Shown here piece by piece: positions 37,801 to 51,300 of a stretch of 64,000 nt of DNA. The stretch comes from Monocercomonoides exilis PA203 (lineage: Eukaryota > Protista > Preaxostyla), in the NCBI GenBank assembly GCA_001643675.2, contig LSRY02000059.1:431362-495361 (forward strand), read 5' to 3'. The notes below the pieces were generated by a model. That model did no database searches, was not told the origin of the DNA, and was given only the letters and a program-made list of their open reading frames with translations. The translations under genes and the position numbers were made by a program. Numbering within the stretch: position 1 is the first letter of the stretch; every line of letters begins with the position of its first letter.

Positions 37801-40800
37801 CTCTTCATTCACAAGAATCAATTCATTTGAATTGTTTTCAGTGCCTGCAAAAGAAACTTCTTGCGCTTTATCTTCAATTACTGTTTCAACTGAATTCTTC
37901 ATCCGAACCATCTCAGCAAACTTTTCATCAGACAACTGCGAATGAAAGTCCAAATGTGTCATAAACATCACAAAAAGCAACTGAACAGCTCTCGTTTTGA
38001 GAGAATGTCTCGACATAAAGCGCATTCCATTCAGCGAATGAGAAAATCGTAAGACGTCAATTAGCCGTTTGATGATAAATTCTTCAGTCAGAGTGAGATA
38101 TGGCGATGAAGGAGTTGACAAGAAGAACAGATGGCGGGGCTTTGACGACGAAGAGGAGTGTGAAGAATGAGAAGCATCAACCTCAGAACTACCAGCAGGC
38201 ATTTGCATTCCATCAGATGAATTATAAGCTTCTCTTGTTTTACCAGCCAATGCATCATTTTCTTTCTTATTTTTCTTTTTATTGTTAAGCTCTTTTGGCG
38301 TTGACTGGAGTGATCCATAATACTCTGCCATTAACTTGTCTATTCTGACTTCTGTTCCTTTCAGAACATTCACACTCACTCCACTCTCCAAATACATTCT
38401 CATTTCGCCTGGCTTAAACAAACAAGCAAGCTTCTTCAGACTCTTCTGGTACAGATCTTGCTCAGTGGGCTTCTTCAATGAACTTATGAGCTTTTTGCTG
38501 GCATCCTTCAGTTCTTCTGTCTCCTCTATCACAAATGGCAGAAGAACAGAAGGGTCTTTCACAAGCAGAGAGTCTGGGGAGTAGATGAGAAAGTCAGCTG
38601 TCACAGAATAAGGAGAGGCTACTGACATTAAGGGAGAAGGCGAATAGGCACTTGAACGACGCTGGCTCTTCGGTGCAAACGAGCGAGAAGAAGGGGACTT
38701 GGGAGATTTAATCGACGAAAATGAATGATTGTTTGAAGTGTTTCGTGACTGTGTTGTTGAAGTGGCAGGGAAATGATGTGGCTGACGAGAAGAAAGAGAA
38801 GATGGTGAATTGAAGGCTGACGAAGACGAAGAAAGAGGTTCTGAGAAATAGGAAGAAAGAACTTTCGAAGATGGGACATACTGAGGGCATTCAAAGACAA
38901 CATTAGGAGCAGAACAGAGAAGAAATTGATGGATGAGAGTGCTTGGCAACAGAGTCTGCTTAAGCTTAGTTGGAGATGAAGAAAGCGATACCAGCGAAGA
39001 AGAAGAAGAAGAAGATGAAGAGGAAGCTGTAGCAGAACCTTTTTTGGATGGCAGATATAATTTAGATGCTCCTAATGTTTGTGTCAGATAGACAAATGGA
39101 TTGATTGCGAAGAATGAAATGTCTTCTTCAGCGTGAGGGAATCTGTCAACAAACGAAAGAGGAGACAAGAATGAGGGAGCTGGTGTGGGTGAAGGTAATG
39201 GCACTGGAGAAGGAGTGGGCGAAGTCATGGAATAGATGTCGATGGGCTGAGGAAGAGGAGAAGATGACATGCCAGGAAACAAAGAGGAGTGAAATGCAGA
39301 TGAAGACAATGGAGTGCTGAATGAAGGGGTGGAAAAGGCGTCTGAAGAATATGGCAGCAAAGAAACAGGAGTTGCAGGTGGAATGGATGATGATGATGAT
39401 GATGATGATAACAAAGGCAGTGGTGTGCTTATTTCTGATGGATGCATTCGCAGATCAGAACTGTCGCTGTGAAGGCATATGTTGTGTTGAGTGAATGAAC
39501 CTGAAGGTGGGCGATAGGCAGAGAGATTTGCTGGAGTCGCTATTGGAGCAGATGAATTCTGAAGAGAAGCAGAAAATGGATTAGATGTGGCTGACGAAGG
39601 CTGATTACGTGGTGTGTATGGTACGTTTGAAGATGAGCCTTCAGAAGAGAAAAGAGAAGTCAATTGCTCTGTGATAGTCTCAAAATCGATGGTGAATGGT
39701 AAAGTTTTTGGAGGAGATAAAAGAGAAGAAGAATAATAAAGCAAAGGAAAAAGATCAGATTTCGTAGGCATTTGAGAAGTAGAAGAAGAAGAATTAGATG
39801 AGGCAGAAGCAGAAACAGAAACAGAAGCAGAAGTAGAAGCAGAAGAAGAGACAGATGAATGCCCAGCTGCAGCAAGCAAAGGATGATTGGAGTAAACAGA
39901 AGGAATACGAGAAAGTGTCAGCCTTAAAGTGGGCGGTGCATTTGGATAAGGAAAAGTTATTTTTTCAGGAACAGAAAAAATGTTTGAGGGGATGTTTATT
40001 GAGACATCTTGTGTTGAATCATAAAGAGTGCTCTTCAATGCTTCTTTCATTCGATTAAATGTCAATTTGAGAGGTGACTGGGACTCATACAAAACAGATT
40101 TGTTGGCACTCTGCTTTAAACTTTTTGAAGATTCATTTGAAGAAGCAATACTTCCAAAGAGAGAATTTTGCTGATCAGAAGACTGCAAAAGCGAAGAAGA
40201 AGTCGGCACATCTGAAGATGATGCGGAATTGTGGATTTCATCTGATTCTTCCTCAACATCCATAGCATCAGCACTTTTAACACTCGGTTTGTCGTCTGGC
40301 TCCATTTTATCAGAACTCAGGTTATCGTCTTTTGATTCGACAATCTTATCATTTCGCAGCAAAGCACACAATCCAGATGATTCTATGCACTTTAATGAAG
40401 TCTCATCAGACTCTTCATTATCCTTTTCATTTTTATCTTTGCCCGCATCACAAATTGCCAGATGTTTTGAATGAACTGGGCTGAAAAATCGCTGAGATAG
40501 CAAAAGGGCAAAAGGTGTTGTGTGAGAGCGAAGAGAAGGAAGAAGCAATTCAGAAGCCAATAAAAGAAACGGAAACGAAAGAGAACGAAATGAAGGAGAA
40601 AGGCGTGCAGATGCATATGATATGACAGCAGGAGAAAGAGGAGGCCTTTGTGATATGAAGATCTGATGAGTGAAATGACACTGAGAAGAGGAAGAGGAAG
40701 AGGAAGAGGAAGAGGAAGAAGAAGCTGAGGCTGTGGCTGATGAAATGGAATATGAAGGTATATGTGGAAGAGAAGTGATATGATCATTGTCTGCAAGGGA

Positions 40801-43461
40801 CAATTTCTTAAAGCTTTCATCAGAACAATTTGAAGTGGTTGATTTTTCGGGTTCGCTGTTGCCATTATTGCTTGTATCAGCCGTGGAATCAGAAAGTTCT
40901 GACGAAAAACTTTCACTCGATGCTGCTTGCTCGCACAAAGGGCACAGAAATGAGAAGTGTGTTTCTTCAGAATTGGAAATAGATGAATAAAGAGACTTTT
41001 CTGACTCAGAGTCAGTTAAATCGCAGGATTCATCATAGAGAAATGGTTTGAGTGTGTTGATCCAATTGACATTGCAAGCATTGCAATCAACAGAAGATGA
41101 AGAAGTTGAGCTTTTTGCAGATGTCATTTCAGGCATTGACGAAGAGGATTCCAAAGAAGAAGAAGAAGACGACGATGATGATGAAGAGGAACTAGAAGGA
41201 GAAGGAGAAAGAGGATCAGGAGAAAGACTGTTTGGTGAAAGTGGATGATCACTCAGAGTTGAAGAGAAGAATTCGCAGGCACATCCAAAATGAAATGTTC
41301 TTCCACAGCAAGTGCAATGAACAAACGAGTGCGATGGAAGAGGAAGTGAAGATTGGGCAGAAGCAGAAGAGGAAAATGACTGTGTTTGAGTTTCTGTAAA
41401 TGAAGAAGAAGAAGAAGAAGAGGAAGAAGAAGAAGATGATGTGGAAGAAGAAGGGGACTGTGATGTGTAATGATTTTGAAGTGTATCAAGAGAATGTGAT
41501 TCTGTTTGTATGGAAGGTGAATGCTCTGTTGATGTGGCTGTTAATGGCTCAAACATCAATTGCATTTGATGGGCTTTACTTTCTGCAGAAGACTTGTCAT
41601 GCTCCATTTCTTTTTGTTCTGTTCCATTTGGAATTTGAGGGTCTTTAATCTCATCTGATTGAATTTTGTAATCATTTTTCACTAAATGATTGTTGTTTTG
41701 TGCATTTGAAGTATTATGTGAAGTGTTATTTGCAGTGAGAAGAGAATGACGATGGCACACAGCACACTTTTGCTGGCATTGACGGTTGAAATAGCACAAA
41801 TAGGAGCAAAAGAATTGAGTGCTCTCTTCATCAACAGATGAGTTTATAGAAGAGTTAGTCGAATTTGATGTTGAAATAGTCGATTGAGCATTTAACTCAT
41901 TTAAACAAGAAGATTCACTGTTGAAGCTCGTCTTCCATCTTCTTTTTTGAAAAAAGGATGTTTTTGTGCATTCTTCACACACAATCGACGAGCAATAGGC
42001 ACAAACTCGATAGCTTCTGCAATTCAGCTGCACTGGCTTGCGTTTTAATGAATGAAAACCTTTCAAAGAAGAAGCAGGAGCGAAGGTTGGTTCTATTGAA
42101 GGCAATTCATAAGAAGCATCAAATGCTGATGAATCAGCAGAGGAACCAGAACTTTCCTCGTGTTTTGTGGCATGTTCTGTTGCTTTTGTTTCATTTTGAC
42201 GAATTCCAAGTTTTGCAGAATGAGCCAGCTTTGGAAAAGTTGGGAAAGAAAATCGATCCATTGATTGTACAATCAGCTTCGTAATGGCGTCACTTTCATC
42301 AGCATCTTGCAATTCAGTTTTTTCAAACGAAGATGACTTTGGCGATGGTAAGGATGGTGCAGAAAATGACATGTCATCAGAACTTTCAATGTTTTGAGAA
42401 ATGTTTGCTGATTCTTCGGTTGGAAGCTTGTCATTGTGCATTTCGGTAGATGTATTTCCAGCTGCACTTTCGCCTGTAAGCACATCGTTTTTTTCTTGTA
42501 AAATTGTCATTTTCTCCGATTCCTTATCATCTGGTTCAATAGTAAAGAGAAAATCAGCATATTCTGTATCATAACAATCACTTCCACACATCGAGCATTT
42601 GAGTGGAGGAATCACAAGTTCAGAACTTTCTGAAAAATCTGCCCATAACTCTTCAGTAATATTCGAGAAAAATGCCTCTATCTGCTCTTGAGTTTTTTTT
42701 CCAAAGAAAAACGGCTCAAGTGTAGATAATGATGGCCAGAAAAGAAGAAATAATTCCATTGCTAAATGAGCTTCTCCAAGGGTCCAATGTGACGTATTCC
42801 ATTTGAGATTCGATATTGAATCATCTTTTCCAGGTTTAGGTTCTGCCTGAGTAGCTGTTTTCACTGTCTGTGGAGGTCGTGACAACGTTTTGTTTTGAAA
42901 ATGTGTCATTCCCAACTTTGACGTTCGAGAAAATGAGCGTATAAACAACGGTTGCTGCTTGGGCAATTTTGGTCGTTTGAGGTAACCTCTCTTCCATCTG
43001 TGAAGCCAGTTTGGCAAAGGAGGCGGTAAAAATTCTGGTTCCATAATTTGCTTAAATTGGGGTACAGAAACAGAATTTACAACAAGAGATGATTTGGTCG
43101 GAAGAATCTGATCCAGTTCTGATGGTACGTTCGCTGTCCATACGGGCTGATCATACAATGATTCCATCTGTCGATTATAACGTCTTAATTGATTGTCATT
43201 GAAAAATTGCAAGTTAGCATGTTTCTAACATCAACAAAACATAAATGATTTTATTGCATTTGCAAAAATAAATGTTTTTAAAAATATTTTCAAGAATTCG
43301 GATTGAAATAAAAATTGTTATCAAACTTGCTTGACAGTTTCATTATGAAGCTGAGACTGATCATGCTCATCTTTAGCAAGTTGAGAACGTAGTAATAAAA
43401 ACTGCTGCCACAGTTCTTCTTCTTCTTCTGGCAAATCTATAGCTTCAGAATCATGAATCAT
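28870..43461 (-). CDS. Giant (~4800 aa) low-complexity chromatin-associated protein: SANT/Myb-like, PHD finger(s), AT-hook, probable EVE domain, KE repeats
   Basis: A 4780-codon ORF plus a 45-codon exon 1 (ATG 43461, phase-0 GT-AG intron 43225-43326). WTLGEAHLAMELF...KTQEQIEAFF (SANT-like); CAVC...CTCCGRTFHFGC...CPLC (C4HC3); KKRGRPPRK (AT-hook); IWLFLIPP...LRVGDPVFW (EVE-like). Confidence 0.85.
32375..32600 (-). repeat. Coding hexamer repeat (AAAGAG/AAAGAA)n encoding (KE)n
   Basis: Tandem run of tttctc on the plus strand, translating as KEKEKEKE. Confidence 0.9.
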
Positions 43462-43564
43462 GCTATTTAAAAGAACTTTGAAGCGCAGTATGGTTATGAT
43501 CTGATAAATACCATTATAAACTTATTTATTTTTTGTTTTGCCTGAAACAAATTGAAGAGAAGAA

Positions 43565-46500
43565 ATGGACTCTCCACAAAATGATATTAAAATGTTGGAG
43601 AAGCTTGGATATACGGTTTGTTATTTTTTCTGTCGAATTTGTTATTTTTTTTTGGAAATTCTTAAAAGGAATGCAAATTATTAGGTATTTTGTATTTGCA
43701 ATTTCAAACGTAAATTATAAAATTTTTTAAAATGTGATTTTTATATATTTAAACAGGTTCAGGAAGTTTTGGAAAGTTTGCGCGATGATTTGCACGTCTT
43801 TTTTTAAGATAATAATTCATTTTTCAAGCGTATTTCTGGCATATAACGGAGCAATGCAATTACGTGCAGTTAAAGTTCTTCTTCAAAAAGAATTTTCACA
43901 AGGAGAGCAAGATGCATCAATTGCTCTTTCACAGTTTTGTCTTATTTTGCAAAAGAAAAAAATATGATTTGGAAAATCTATTTTTAGGACTGTGTGCCCA
44001 TATATTATTCAGATATATGATATGATCCAGCAAGACAATAAGATTATTCTTGAAATGGAATATGCAAATTCAAAAGTTTGCTTTATAGTAATTTGAGCTT
44101 GCTCAATAAAAAAATTTATTATTCCACTTTTATCATGCTTAGTCGCTGGAGCAAATAGTCGAAAAGAAAAAACCGCTGCCAGAGGCGGAAGCAAAAAGAT
44201 TGATTGTCCAAATTCGTTTGCATTATTATCATTGATTCGTTGAGTTTTAGATTTTAACTTTAAAATTATTGATAAAAAATTACAAAAATCTACTGTTCTT
44301 AGTGAAGGGACTTCAAGTCTTTCATAACCTACATCTTATTCACAGGTTTTCCCTTTCCTTTTCATCGAAAAAATTAACTGTTTTATGATTTAATTTTATT
44401 TGTTTTGCTTTGTTTGTTTGAATGTGAAAAATCATTTGGATTTTTTATTAAAATGAACACAATGATATTTACACAGAGACATAAAGCCAGATAACATTTT
44501 GCTTCATAAGCAATCACCGGAATCTCTTGTTGTTTGTAAAATATCAGATTTTGGCTTGGCAAAGAAATTAATAACAAATCGAATGAAAGACACTCAATGT
44601 GGGTATGCATTTACCTAAAAACACCAGCAACATTAAGATTTTTATTAAAACCAAATTATTTGCTTGGTGCTAATAAATTCTTCTTTGCATTCTTTTTATT
44701 CTTTTTCTCTTTCTTCGTTTAATGTCATAACCGCACTGCTTACATATTGAATGCATCGCCATTGGAATATCACTCACTGTATTGAACGTGGAACATTACG
44801 TTTAACATCAAACACTTTGTTGATGTACATTTAGAACTCCTTTATACATGGTCTGCTTTGTCTTTTCTTTAACACAAAATTATGCCATTATTCGCATTTT
44901 CACTTTATCGATAAATGTCTTTTACTTGAAATTTAATTGAACCAAATTACTAAAAAACGAAATTTTAGGCTCCTGAAATTTATGTGGAGGACAAGCAGTT
45001 CACAGAAAAAGTAGATGTCTGGGCGACTGGAGTGATTATGTACCAACTTCTGACAGGAAGGCATCCATTTCCTGCCCAGACTCCAGGACAGCTCTTAAAG
45101 TGTGGACTTTCTTTTCTTTTCTTTATTTCTTTATTTCTTAATTTCTTTATGTAATACTATTATTACTGACATGATTCTAAATATGTGCACTATCAATGTG
45201 ACACTTGCTTATTTATCCCTCTTTCCATCAGAATGCTCACCCATTCTCCTCCTCCAATCACTTCTTGTTCTCGTCTGTGCTGGAATTTTGTTTCGGCGCT
45301 GCTGAATCGAAATCCCAGTCTCCGTCTAAGCTGCACACGCGCCTTGCAGCACCCCTTTTTAGCCTCAAAATCAATCACCATTCCAACCACAATCAGACAG
45401 GAACCCCCCCTCTCTCCTCCCCCTTCTTCCCCTTCTTCTCATCCACCTCCTTCTCCTTCTGCCCCTTCTGCCTCTTCTCCTTCCAACGTGCCTTCTGCTG
45501 TTCCTCATCAGCCTCATCTTCGCCCTTCCTCCTCTTCTTCTGAGTCTCGTGTGGGCCATTCTCCCCCTTCTCACTCTCGCCGGGCAGATCCCTTCCCAAT
45601 TCAAGTGCAAAGGATACAGCCTCAGGTTCAGCCACAGCCTCAGCCTCCAACAAAAGAAAAGCCAGCTGTTGAGCATCCAAAAGTGACTGAACCAACTTTC
45701 ACCCCTTTTGTTCCCCCTTTTCCTCCTCCGCCTTTCATCAGCCCTGCCTCTTCTCCAACTGCTCATATGCGACCTCCCTCAGCTGCTGGGCGCACCTCGT
45801 CACACGAAAAGTCAACTGCCCCAGAATCATCTCATGCTTCTTCTCCACCTCCTCGTCAAAAAGATACCACAGCTCCTGCATTTAAGTATCAGCAGCATCC
45901 AACCATTACTGCTGGTGATGCTTCTGCTTCTGCTTCTGCTTCTGCCGCTTCTGATCTTTCTGGCTCAGACCAACCTTCTTCTTCATTCATTCCATCTTCA
46001 TCAAGATCGTCTGCACTTCCTGCTTATTCTCGCATTCCTTCAGACTCCCACGAGCACGTCACCCCGCTCCAGCGAGGTCAGCTGACGCCTTCTCACTTCT
46101 CTCTTCCAGACACACTGACTGCCTCAACCATCCTTCCCACAGATGTGCAGGTGAACGGCTTGGAGTCTGTGCGCCGCCTTATTTCCTTCGCAGCTGACAA
46201 CGGACTTTACGGCAATGTGCTGGCCATCCTGGCGATGTTTGAGAAGGAGCGTGAATTTCTGCGGGAGGTGAGGAGAGAGCAGATGGAGAGGGAGAGGGAA
46301 AGGGAGGAGAAAGAAGAGCAAGAACAGACACGGAAAAGAGAGCAAACGAGGCGTGGTATTTATTCACCTCTCATCCACAACAACATAATTACAAGGCCTA
46401 AATCGAACAAAAAAGGAAAAAAGACACACGATTCACACAAACAAGGCGAGGGCAGTTTGGAAGCTGATGGTGAGAAGACAGACGAATTGCAGGCTCCACA

Positions 46501-47491
46501 AGCACCACAGTACGATTTAACAACTGCAAGTGCGGTTGTGAAAGATATAATGGAGAATGAGCGCAATGCAATGAAAAAGAAAATGCTGCTTGAAATGAAA
46601 AGAAAGGCAAGGAAACAGGATGAGTCTTCTCATGTTTTTGGTGTAGGCGACTTGGAAGAAGATTCAGAGGACGACATCATCATTGCGGAAAACGATTTCA
46701 GCGATGAAGAAGACGAAGAGGAAAGGGGCAGTGCGAAAGGAGCTGCTTCGAGAGCAGAAGAAGCTGGCGACCAGGACGAGGCCGCTGCTCAGGTGCTGCA
46801 GCATCCGCCATTCTTTTTCACTGACGCTGCTGCCAGCCAGTTCATGCTGGATCTTCCAGACAGCAAAAAGGAGGACTATCTGCTGTCGCCTGTCTCTGCA
46901 CAGTGCATTTGGAGGAACATCCCAAGGACGGTTGATGGCGTGTCATTGATTCTGTACCATGCATCCAGATATGCTCCGTTTTGGAAGTTTAATCTGGACG
47001 ACAGCAACTTTGCATTCAATTCTGCTGCTGGTTCGGCAACTCTGGTTGACGAGATGGGGAAGCTGAAGATAAACGATAGAGGCGCTGGTGCTAACTCATT
47101 CAATAGCTCCGCCTCGACTTCTGCTTCGCTCTGGAGCGATATCGATACGATCAGCGAGTTGGAGTCATTTCCTCTTCTGCAAGTCACAAACCTGTCTGCC
47201 GAAGGCACGAAATATTCTTCTTCTTCCTCTTCCTCAACGGCTTCTGCTCTTTTCTCTCGCCGTTTGCTGAATGGAGTTAGCGACGTCGCACGAAAGCGCG
47301 CGGCTGTCGTGAAAGAAGGCTGTTTTTTGTTCCTGTTTCTGCTTCAGCTGAAGATTGTGAAAAGAACAGTTTGCTTCATTACAAATGGGAGCAAAGGACG
47401 CAGTGCAATAATGATTGCATTGAACAGAGACCTTCTTGCGAAATACGCTCAAAAAGCAATTAAGCTATTCATTATGGCTCTTCAATCATGA
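43565..47491 (+). CDS. Ser/Thr protein kinase (ULK/Nek/CAMK-like catalytic domain) with Pro/Ser-rich C-terminal extension; about 10 exons
   Basis: Manual splicing gives MDSPQNDIKMLEKLGYT-ECKLLGSGSFGNVFLA...RAVKVL...LEMEYAN...IHRDIKPDNILL...KISDFGLAK...TQCGTPLYMAPE...KVDVWATGVIMYQLLTGRHPF...RLSCTRALQHPFL, continuing into ORF 45185..47491. Confidence 0.9.
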
Positions 47492-48392
47492 AGCCTGATC
47501 GGTTGATTGAGACAGACTTGAAAATTCTTCGTTTGGATAAAAGAAAATCAATGATTATTGAGACATGTCATATTTTTGATAATTAATGCAGTTTTGTTTT
47601 ATCTTTTTTTCATTATTTATTTTCTTTCTATCTTGAAAGCAAATTCTAGGTATTGATAATTAAAATTATTGAGAAATTATCTTTGAAAATTTTTTGTTGA
47701 TAACTTCATTCATGAAGGAAGAATCAATTAAGTATTTTTTTTTACAAAATTTTGGCTAACATGAAGCGTTTTGCTTTGATTTTTATCCTATTTCTTTAAC
47801 GAATTTTTGGCTTGAAATGAAGTTGATGAATATTGTTGAAAGTTAATTTTTCTTTTGATCCAAAAAGAAATTGTTGATCATTTGCAAATACACGTAAACA
47901 AACATTCACACATATTTTAAAAGAAAAAAATTTAGTGACAGAAAAGAAAGAAAGAAAACTCAGAACCACGTTATCTTCAACATATTTAGAAATGTCTTCA
48001 ATAATGCAAATGATTGACATTTTCATATGATAAGAAAAGATTCACAAACAGCAATCCATTCAATTTTGTAATAATTCTTTTTTCAAAACATAATATTTTC
48101 TTTTCAATAAACAACTTTTTGTGGTTCACATTAGAGTGTTAACATAATCAAATCAAAATCATTATATATGTTTATTTAGCGTAATCAGCGCTTTCAGAAG
48201 GCTTTTATGGAAGAACGAACAAGTAAAAAAAGTTGAATAACATAAGATAATTCGTACACGCACGCACACTCTCTCATTAGCACACTCACATACTCACACT
48301 CTCAATTTTTCTGTGAAATCATAAAATACCATTTTTAATTTTTTTGATTTCCAGTTATTTTCAATTATATTTTCGTTTCTATTTTGATCAAA

Positions 48393-51300
48393 ATGAGCTC
48401 GAATAAATATCATTTTTTCCAAGCACTTTCCGTAAGCCTCTGTATTCTTTTTGAATCTTATGCAAAATATGCTTCATCAAATTATGATTACCTTCCACAA
48501 TACAAAATTGATGAAAATTTTTTCTTCGAACGTGATAAATTAATGACTCTCGAAAAAAAAATTAACCCTCCAATAGCAATTATTGATTCATCATGCTTTT
48601 TAGTGAATTCAACAGCTGATATTATTAATTTAGCTGCCATCCAACAGCAGAACGATTTCACTTTGAGTGTGTCAAAATCAATATGCAAAGTTAACAATTT
48701 CAAAATAAAAACGAAGTTTTCTTTCTCGCCATCAATCATTCTTGATAACGGGTGCATTCATCTTTTCAACTTTTCAGAAAGCTCGACTCCAAACTGTTGC
48801 TATCGGTTGATGCCTTTCAGACTATTTTTTAACAAAAAACAGTCAAAGGATTCAATAACAGTTCTGTCAAGCCTTTTTTCTTCGGTTATCGTCTCTTCAA
48901 AATTTCCGTTGTTTCAACCTTGCATCACCACACAGACAAACTTGCAACAATGTTGTTTTTGGAACATTTCGAATTATGTTGAAAATAAAGATTCTGACCC
49001 CACAAAAATAGATTGTGGAAATTGCAAAATTTTCAATTGCTTATTCAACAAAGTTGAAAATGCGAACGATGGATGCATTGTTTATGGAAAAGAAAAGTGT
49101 TCAGGAAGTATGGATATTCAAAATACAACATTTTCAAACATCAAAAAAACTGTTCTGACGGAAAGAATCTCATTATCAAGTGATGAACCTTTCTCTGTTG
49201 TTGATACAGAATTTCAAAACTGTTATTCAAATGAAGAAAGTGTGAGAGGTGGAGCAATACAATCATCAACAAAAGCAGATATTTTGATTTTTAGATGTTT
49301 GTTTTCAAATTGTTTTTGTTCTCAAGGAGTGTGTGGTGCATTAGATTTTGTTGGAAATAGCAAGCATTATGTTAATGAGTCAGACTTTATTAATTGTTGG
49401 GCAATGTCTGTTGGTGCTGTGTGTGACGCATTTGGAGCTGAAATGTGCTATAATAATTGTTCTTTTATAAACATTTCTGGAAATGCTGATGGTGGTGCAT
49501 TTCATCACAGGCGATCGATAAGCCATCCTATTGATCAACTCGATTGCTTTAATCAATTGACTTTTCAAAACTGTTCGTGTAAAAATAACTATTCAGAAAG
49601 GGGAAGAGGTGGAGGGCTGTGGATTGGTGAATTGGCTTCTTTGAATATAGTAGATTGCATTTTTATCACATGCGAAACAAACGGAACAGGTGGAGCAATC
49701 AGTATATCGCATTATCTATTCAATGACACTGAAAATCCTATAATATCATTATCGTTTTGCTTTTTCTCTAACTGTCACTCCACTAACATCACTGGAGGTC
49801 ATGATATATCTATTCAAGAGTCATGGTCAAGTGGATTTACGAAAGATAATTTTTGTTCCTGTCGTTCAACAACAACACTTCAAAATCGTTTAACTATTGG
49901 TTCAACGAATCATGATGAATGGCTAGAAGGATATGTTTCATCTGTCATTTTTAACAATGAAACAGGAATAGATCATATTGCTTGCGGACAAAACATGTCA
50001 GGGAGTGCATTTAAAAAATGCAAGACATTGAACTTTCTTCCAACTATTTCTCATTTATTCAACGATGCAATTACAGCAATTCTTGATCCGGGCTTGTACA
50101 TGGAGAAGCATATTAATGTTGAATCAATAACAACTTTAATAACTGCAAAGCACCTGGGAAATGCAGTTGTTCGATCCAACACTTCGATGGATTCTCTTTT
50201 CTCCGTTGAAATGCATTCATTAACCATTAGTGCGATTGTTATAATTCACGATTCATTATATTCACTTCACTCTTCTTTGTTTTCTTTGAAAAAGAAAATG
50301 TGAATCTCACTTCCTTCTCTTCTATTTACGAGAGATCATCACTTAAGGGTCAGTCACCCAACTGATCTGAAATGCAAAATAGTAATAGATTACAACGGTG
50401 ATGTGAAATAGCTAAAAAGGATAGAAACATTAAAAAACATAACAATGTTATGGCGCTCATTACATATCACGCCTGAAGAAGAAGGAAGATGGGTCATTAA
50501 CAGAATCTGTTTATAATAAGGGTGGGAGTGTATCGAGGCGGGAAGAAGAGAAGGAAGTGAGATTCACATTTTCTTTTTCAATCAAAGCGCAAGCACTTTG
50601 ATTTAAAAGAAAACATTCTCTCACTTCCTTCTCTTCTATTTACGAGAGAGTTCCATAATTGGGAGAATACTCTGCTGTTGTTATTATTTGATTGACCTCT
50701 TATTTGTCATCCCTCAGCAATTGTTCGAGTTGCTCACGTTTGGCTTGCGCTCTGGTTTTAATTGTTATCTCAATTGTTTTCTTCTGGACAACTTCTCCAA
50801 CTAGTCTTTTCTCACGAAAATTCCTTCTTTCATACTCTTTATGACTGTTCTCGTCTGGCTCCTCCACGTAGTCTGGCTTTGATGGTTCTTCTTCGTCGTT
50901 GTAGATCGTTTGGCTTTTGTTGTCATATTGCAGATTAGGTTTTTCCAACCTGATCCTGATTCCTTTTTCGCTCTCGATGTTGTCAGACTTTGAGTTCAGA
51001 CTGTAGTCCTCCTCATCTTGCTCTTCGTCAGTTGACGAAGAGTCCTCAATATCTTCTGAACTTGAATTGTCATCAAAAGTAATTTTTGGTTTGCGAAGGG
51101 TTTGCAGACTTAAAGGTGATGACTGGGTCTGGGAGGAAGTTGCATTAATAGCCGCTTGATCTGCAATCACTTTCGCACAGGATGTGGCGATATCTTTTGA
51201 AAATAGTAATTAATAATGGTATCGCTTCGTGGAGACAGCCTTGCGAACTTTGCCACTTGCGCTATTGGTAGTCCAGCCATTGTCAATGCAGATATTGAAG

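Noticed and set aside
14764-42485. Many antisense or alternate-frame ORFs rich in poly-S, F, K or L
   Set aside because: Shadows of low-complexity codon runs in XRN1 and the giant protein.
50288-50648. Repeated tctcacttccttctcttct units as a CRISPR-like array or LTR
   Set aside because: The copies are in mixed orientation and are fully explained by the DIRS ITR/ICR structure.
50700-51170. Independent fourth DIRS ORF (cargo gene)
   Set aside because: It has a GTG start overlapping the YR stop and joins the YR frame with a single-base correction in an A-run. It is more likely the YR acidic tail.
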